Assembly (NCBI GenBank): GCA_046598345.1
Contig: JBKJIT010000001.1
Location: forward strand, 44,251 to 108,250
Reading direction: 5' to 3'
DNA: 64,000 bases
Source of the DNA: Minisyncoccia bacterium
GTDB lineage: Bacteria; Patescibacteriota; Minisyncoccia; Phycocordibacterales; UBA918
A program made the translations under genes and the position numbers. Positions 57,662-64,000 of this stretch are shown here, piece after piece (positions within the stretch are counted from its first letter, which is position 1; the number at the start of each line of letters is the position of its first letter). The notes beneath the pieces were generated by a model that worked only from the letters and a program-made list of their open reading frames with translations, was not told where the DNA came from and did no database searches.

Positions 57662-59035
57662 ATGTCACAGGAAACTAATGAAGGAAGAAATTCAGAAGGG
57701 GTAATTCGAATATTTCGAGCGATCATTATGATCGCCCTCGGCGCGCTTGTCGCTTACTTTGTGTACACTTCAACGCTGAATCCAGCGAGTAATTACCCAT
57801 TTAAGTTCGGTCTCGATCTTGCAGGGGGGAGTCAACTAACCTACGTCGCTGATGTTTCTAAAATAAACCCAACCGACGTACCGGAGCTCATGAGTGTGCT
57901 CCGCGAAGTTATTGAGCGACGTGTAAACGTGTTTGGTGTTTCAGAGCCAAATGTGCAGGTTGAAACAAGTAGTTTTGTGACAGAGAATCCCGAACAGCGA
58001 CTCATTGTTGAACTCCCTGGGGTGACTGACATCGATGAGGCCATTAAACAGATTGGTCAAACTCCACTCCTTGAATTTAAGCTCGTGGATGAGGAAGCAC
58101 TCGCTGCACTCACATCATCAAGCACGATAGAGGAGGCAATGGCTGCATACACAGACTCTGGCCTCACCGGAAGGTACCTAAAGCGTGCCGAGCTCGTATT
58201 CGGGAACGGAAGCCAGGGCGGACTTTCAAATGAACCAATCGTAAGCATTGAATTTAACGAAGAGGGGGGAGACCTCTTTGAACAAATCACAAGAGACAAC
58301 GTTGGAGAAAACCTCGCAATCTTCCTTGATGGTGCAATAGTTTCCTCTCCTCGCATAAATGAAGCGATTTCGGGTGGGAAGGCAGTCATTTCTGGAAATT
58401 TCGCACTTGAGGAAGCCCGCCAACTTGTTCGCAATTTGAACTTTGGTGCGCTGCCGGTACCGATTGCGATTGATAGTACACAGACCATAGGTTCCACCTT
58501 GGGTGAAGAAGCGCTCCGTGCCGGAGTGTATGCGGGCGGTGTTGGTTTTGCACTCCTCTCCTTGTTTATGATTCTCTGGTATCGCCTCCCAGGCGTCATT
58601 GCTGTATTGGCACTCTGTCTCTACGTACTCATGATGCTCGCGCTTTTCAAGCTCATCCCGGTCGTGCTTACTGCTGCAGGTATCGCTGGGCTCATTCTAT
58701 CGATAGGGCTTGCCGTCGATGCGAACGTGCTTATTGCAGAGCGTATCAAGGAAGAACTCCGTGCAGGGAAGTCTGTTGACGAAGCAATTCGTGAAGGATT
58801 TGCGCGCGCGTGGCTCGCGATTCGTGATTCGAATATCGCTCACATTATTGCAGGAGTTATTTTGTATTGGTTTGGGACCGCCCTCATTAAGGGTTTTGCG
58901 CTCGTTTTCGGTATTGGAGTGCTTGTTTCCATGTTTTCGGCAATAACCATTTCGCGCACGTTCCTCATTGCACTTCCAATTCGCGCCGACACTCCTATCG
59001 GAAAATTCCTTATGAGTTCAGGTATTTCAAAGTAA
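57662..59035 (+). CDS. secD: Protein translocase subunit SecD
   Basis: N-terminal TM helix, periplasmic domain, C-terminal 5-TM block with conserved LGAL/VDANVLI motifs. Confidence 0.9.
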   Translation: MSQETNEGRNSEGVIRIFRAIIMIALGALVAYFVYTSTLNPASNYPFKFGLDLAGGSQLTYVADVSKINPTDVPELMSVLREVIERRVNVFGVSEPNVQVETSSFVTENPEQRLIVELPGVTDIDEAIKQIGQTPLLEFKLVDEEALAALTSSSTIEEAMAAYTDSGLTGRYLKRAELVFGNGSQGGLSNEPIVSIEFNEEGGDLFEQITRDNVGENLAIFLDGAIVSSPRINEAISGGKAVISGNFALEEARQLVRNLNFGALPVPIAIDSTQTIGSTLGEEALRAGVYAGGVGFALLSLFMILWYRLPGVIAVLALCLYVLMMLALFKLIPVVLTAAGIAGLILSIGLAVDANVLIAERIKEELRAGKSVDEAIREGFARAWLAIRDSNIAHIIAGVILYWFGTALIKGFALVFGIGVLVSMFSAITISRTFLIALPIRADTPIGKFLMSSGISK

Positions 59036-59037
59036 TT

Positions 59038-59955
59038 ATGAATCTTAAACGGTATCAGTCACACTTTTTTGTACTTCCAGGGATTTTCGCGGTGCTCGCA
59101 ATCATAGCGATTCTTATGTGGGGACTCAAGCCTGGTATCGATCTTAAGGGAGGTGCCCTTCTTGAGATTGAATATCCAAACGGACGGCCAGAGGTGAGTG
59201 CAATTGAAGAAAAGGTCGCGCCGCTCAACCTTGGCGAGGTGCGTATTCAACCTTCCGGAGAGAAGAGTTTTATTCTTCGAGAACGGGCGCTGACCATAGA
59301 AGAAAAAGAATCACTTGATAGTGCACTCGCTTCGCTCGGCGAAGTCACTGAGGTGCAATACACCTCAGTTGGTCCTTCCATCGGTAATGAAATCATTAGT
59401 AAGGCGTGGTGGGCAATTGCGCTGGTAACAATTTCCATTATTCTCTTTATTGCCTTTGCATTTCGCCATGTGTCGAAGCCGGTTTCATCCTGGAAATATG
59501 GAATTGTTGCGATTGTGACACTCCTCCATGACATTCTCATTCCAACGGGACTCTTTGCGTACTTGGGCTATGCTCGTGGCGCAGAAGTTGGCTCACTTTT
59601 TATTGTTGCCCTCCTTACTATTTTGGGGATTTCGATCAACGACACCATTGTGATCTTCGACCGTATTCGTGAAAACCTAAGCATCAACGAAAAGAAAGGA
59701 CGGCATGAATCCTATGCTGATGTGGTCTGGCGCAGTATTACACAAACTATGACACGCTCGATCAACACATCGCTTACTGTCATTATCATGCTCGCTGCAC
59801 TCTTTTACGCTGGTCCGGAATCGACGAAGGATTTTGCACTTACACTCATTGTTGGTATGATCGCCGGAACGTACTCATCCATCTTCCTTGCGAGTCCCTT
59901 GCTCGTCTATATCGAGAAGTATCAGAAGAAAGATAAAGAAAAGTCACAAGCATGA
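59038..59955 (+). CDS. secF: Protein translocase subunit SecF
   Basis: SecF topology and motifs (GIDLKGG, SINDTIVIFDRIREN). Confidence 0.9.
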   Translation: MNLKRYQSHFFVLPGIFAVLAIIAILMWGLKPGIDLKGGALLEIEYPNGRPEVSAIEEKVAPLNLGEVRIQPSGEKSFILRERALTIEEKESLDSALASLGEVTEVQYTSVGPSIGNEIISKAWWAIALVTISIILFIAFAFRHVSKPVSSWKYGIVAIVTLLHDILIPTGLFAYLGYARGAEVGSLFIVALLTILGISINDTIVIFDRIRENLSINEKKGRHESYADVVWRSITQTMTRSINTSLTVIIMLAALFYAGPESTKDFALTLIVGMIAGTYSSIFLASPLLVYIEKYQKKDKEKSQA

Positions 59956-60512
59956 TTCTTGGTATTGCAGGAACTATTGGTGCAGGTAAAGGAACGGTTG
60001 TTGAATATTTGGTAGAGAAGAAGGGTTTTGCGCACTACTCAAGCTCAGGTCTCCTCAAAGAAATGTTATTGGAAAAGGGTGAGGTTGTAGATCGTGATTC
60101 AATGGCGAAACTTGCAAGGGAAATACGTGCAAAAGATCCGAATGGAATGCCCAGACTTACATACGAGCGACTTACAAAAGACAATCATCAAGACGCTATT
60201 CTTGAGGCGTTGCATACGGTCGGCGAAGCAGAATTTGTGAGAAGTATAGGTGGCATCATTCTGGGAGTTGATGCTGATATCAATATTCGGTATGAACGAA
60301 TTAGTAAGCGGGGAAGTGAAAAGGATAATGTTTCCTACGAAAAATTCCAGGAACAGGCAAGGCGGGAAGACGACGGCGCTTCTGATGCTTCGGGCCATAA
60401 TATTCGGGGTGTAGTCAACACAGCTGACTACACGATCTTGAATAACGGTTCCCTCGAAGAACTTCACTCCCAGATTGATGCAATTCTCTTACAGATCGAA
60501 GCTTCACGGTAG
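59952..60512 (+). CDS. P-loop nucleotide kinase, dephospho-CoA-kinase-like (CoaE family?)
   Basis: Walker A GIAGTIGAGKGT; CoaE-like ...ILGVDADINIRYERISKRG and a C-terminal NNGSLEEL tail. Confidence 0.5.
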   Translation: MILGIAGTIGAGKGTVVEYLVEKKGFAHYSSSGLLKEMLLEKGEVVDRDSMAKLAREIRAKDPNGMPRLTYERLTKDNHQDAILEALHTVGEAEFVRSIGGIILGVDADINIRYERISKRGSEKDNVSYEKFQEQARREDDGASDASGHNIRGVVNTADYTILNNGSLEELHSQIDAILLQIEASR

Positions 60513-60587
60513 TCCTCCTCTTCATATTTCCAAGGAACGCGGGGCAGGGTACACTTATGAAGACTTTTATACATTAACCTAGACAGC

Positions 60588-60998
60588 ATGAACTGGTTTA
60601 TTGATCCCATAAAGACTCATTATGTCGATTTTGATGGAAGAGCGATGCGAAAGCCATTTTGGCTCTTTACGCTCATCAGCATTGTTATCAGTTCTATCCT
60701 AGATATGGTGGATGGCTCTACTGCCCCGTCTATTCTTTCTGGAGTTTTCTCACTGGCCATATTACTTCCTAGTCTTGCAATTGGTGGGAGACGTCTCCAT
60801 GACACCGGGCGAAGCGGTTGGTGGCAGCTCCTCTGGTTCGTTCCAATTGTTGGATGGATTATTTTGATTGTGTGGCTCGCAACTGATAGTACTGCTGATA
60901 CCAAATATGGTCCTAATCCAAAGGGAGTCACCCCAGAGCCTGTACAGACACCAGCTTCTGTGACAGAAGTTACCCCAACTACACCCGCTGCAAACTAA
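60588..60998 (+). CDS. DUF805-family inner-membrane protein
   Basis: RRLHDTGRSGWW and YGPNP motifs characteristic of DUF805; three TM helices. Confidence 0.6.
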   Translation: MNWFIDPIKTHYVDFDGRAMRKPFWLFTLISIVISSILDMVDGSTAPSILSGVFSLAILLPSLAIGGRRLHDTGRSGWWQLLWFVPIVGWIILIVWLATDSTADTKYGPNPKGVTPEPVQTPASVTEVTPTTPAAN

Positions 60999-61006
60999 CG
61001 ACATAG

Positions 61007-61048
61007 ATACTAAAAAACACTGCCGTTTCCAGCAGTGTTTTTTAGTAT
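61007..61048. terminator. Bidirectional terminator (perfect 17-bp stem)
   Basis: atactaaaaaacactgc-cgtttcca-gcagtgttttttagtat. Confidence 0.7.
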
Positions 61049-61747
61049 CTATGAATGAATGCGCGTACCAATAAACGGTTCGCCTTCCAAGTACTTTTCA
61101 ATTTCTTCTGGCTTCTTACCATTGATGATGACGACTTCAATGTGAGCCGCTTCCGCCTCGCGCGCAGCGACCGGATCGAATGGGGAAGAGAGTCCAGGAT
61201 TCCATTCAGTTGGAATTAATTTTAAAAACTCGTGCCAGGTAATATCCTCGATTTTTTCTGCAGTAAGATCAGTGCGTGGATCTGCAGTGTAGACATAATT
61301 GATGTTTGAGAGATTCATGAGTTTTGTCGCCCCACGGTGTTTTGCAATTTGTACCGCGCGAAGATCAGTCGATGACCCAGGACGATACCCCGCTGCGATA
61401 ACGAGCGGTGTTGCTCTGGGTACGTCGATGATGTCATCAGGGTTCGTGATCATAACAGGGTGTGCGATGTCGCGAAAGATCGTGCGGAGCAAATGTCCAT
61501 TGAGGCGCGTTGCATGAATACCCATCCAGTCAATGTCCTCAGGATCAAGTTCCGAAACTGAGCCTGCTGCTTCTTGATAACGCCGAGCAGTCTTTCCACC
61601 TCCTGCGATTATAATAAAATGTCGCCCATACGCGGCGATCTGATGTTCAATAAGCGCCTTTAGATCGGAGAGAAACGAAGTGTCTATTTGATCGGGAACA
61701 ATGAGTGAACCCCCGACCGACATAACCACTGTTTCTTCACGCTGCAT
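61049..61747 (-). CDS. pyrH: Uridylate (UMP) kinase, archaeal-type
   Basis: Amino-acid-kinase fold: SVGGSLIVPD, IIAGGGKTARRY, DWMGIHATRLNGHLL, AAGYRPGSSTD, NYVYTADP. This matches archaeal PyrH better than the bacterial enzyme. Confidence 0.7.
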   Translation of the reverse strand: MQREETVVMSVGGSLIVPDQIDTSFLSDLKALIEHQIAAYGRHFIIIAGGGKTARRYQEAAGSVSELDPEDIDWMGIHATRLNGHLLRTIFRDIAHPVMITNPDDIIDVPRATPLVIAAGYRPGSSTDLRAVQIAKHRGATKLMNLSNINYVYTADPRTDLTAEKIEDITWHEFLKLIPTEWNPGLSSPFDPVAAREAEAAHIEVVIINGKKPEEIEKYLEGEPFIGTRIHS

Positions 61748-61857
61748 TAGGGATTAGTTTACCCTCTAGGAAGGTCATTGGGAAGGGAGTTTTGTGTATT
61801 GTGCTAGGTGTTTAAAGCACCTCTGAAAACGGCCTATTCATTAGCTCGCACAAGGTC

Positions 61858-61885
61858 TTGACCTTTCTTTTTAGACCTGTATAAT
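61858..61885 (+). promoter_or_regulatory. Sigma70 promoter TTGACC-N16-TATAAT upstream of 16S rRNA
   Basis: ttgacc tttctttttagacctg tataat, about 380 nt before the 16S 5' end; same architecture as the 23S promoter. Confidence 0.55.
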
Positions 61886-62267
61886 AGCCCCACTGTCCTG
61901 ATCTGGGACATTTTTATTGCCCCGGATTTTGGAGGATAGATGTCATTTGATAACGTTGTATGAAGGTCATACAATTGCATATCGTTCGATCAGTCGTACC
62001 TTTACGATTGGTTGAACAAAACGTATATGTTGCATAAGCAATGTCATTTTGACATTCATATGAAACGGTACGCATCACAAGAATTTGTCGAAAGACAAGT
62101 TCGAAATAAGGCAGAAGTTGATTACAAATATTTTGTATTTTCTTTTGTCTTATCCTTAGGAAATCGTTAAATAGTGATTTGAGAAAAAGTACACTCATCA
62201 CAATACATTTAACAAACAAGATGCACTCAGCCCTTAAAAGCTGAAGCAACTTGTCTTAACTTAGAGT

Positions 62268-63706
<1,439 letters not shown>

Positions 63707-64000
63707 TAATTCCAATTGGATACGTCGTTGCAATCTGGTAACAGAGAGCGAATAACGGCTAATTGGTCGACATTATGTGCCTCAATTGAGCACATAATAT
63801 GGGATGATACTCAACCTCAAAGATAGTATCTGTACTCTACGGAAAGACGTAGCCAAAGGATAAGACAAAAGAGAACACAAACGTTCTGTCGGTGATGATA
63901 TACAGTACAGAAAACAAAAGACCCGATCGCGAAGCGATCGGGTCTTTTGCGTACCTCTTTACCTTGGCCTCATCTGCATGTAGTCAGGCACAATGGGATT

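Overview
The window reads as a streamlined, roughly 45% GC bacterial genome. It is densely packed with housekeeping genes and carries several hallmarks I associate with Candidate Phyla Radiation (Parcubacteria-like) lineages; that assignment is inference only.

Housekeeping content, in order:
- A dTMP/folate block: nrdB (C-terminal fragment), folA, a CYTH-domain protein, dcd, thyA and glyA; folD lies further downstream.
- secE-nusG-rplK with no rplA behind it; rplJ-rplL sit at a separate locus, also without rplA.
- Aminoacyl-tRNA synthetase genes argS, ileS, glyQS and metG.
- recO-like, tatD, the rpsF-ssb-rpsR operon, efp, an ECF sigma factor, recA, ftsK, rodA/ftsW.
- An exopolysaccharide module: a GT4 glycosyltransferase, a polyprenyl-phosphate sugar transferase and an NAD-dependent epimerase.
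- secDF, a CoaE-like kinase, a DUF805 membrane protein and an archaeal-type UMP kinase.

rRNA genes are unlinked and each has its own near-consensus sigma70 promoter (TTGAC[T/C]-N16-TATAAT):
- A 23S-[tRNA-like]-5S locus at 44.5-48.4 kb. The 23S carries two insertions, one of them at the L1931-equivalent site that is a classic intron site.
- A 16S locus starting at 62.27 kb. After helix 45 its 3' end departs from the universal GGAUCACCUCCUUA and continues into about 300 nt of AT-rich sequence.

The most unusual items:
1. IleRS has a complete histidine-phosphatase (PGAM-like, RHGESEFN signature) domain inserted in its catalytic core.
2. A 173-nt tRNA-like gene sits between 23S and 5S, with a canonical acceptor stem and T-arm but about 97 nt of extra internal sequence.
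3. A TrpR/YerC-like HTH gene is flanked by two copies of a perfect 18-bp palindrome.
4. An IS200/RAYT-type tyrosine transposase is flanked by REP-like hairpins.
5. Two roughly 58-60% GC orphan ORFs, each with a perfect AGGAGG Shine-Dalgarno, contrast with core genes that mostly lack any such motif.
6. Tandem M14 carboxypeptidase paralogs lie next to a divergent VanY/M15 peptidase.
7. There are two large surface-protein genes; one combines a peptidoglycan-binding domain with a (DTDDT)n acidic repeat.
8. The N-terminus of a vWA-domain gene is partially duplicated upstream of it.
9. A degenerate 5S-like remnant follows the 5S gene.

All calls are from reading the sequence and the ORF translations; no searches were run.
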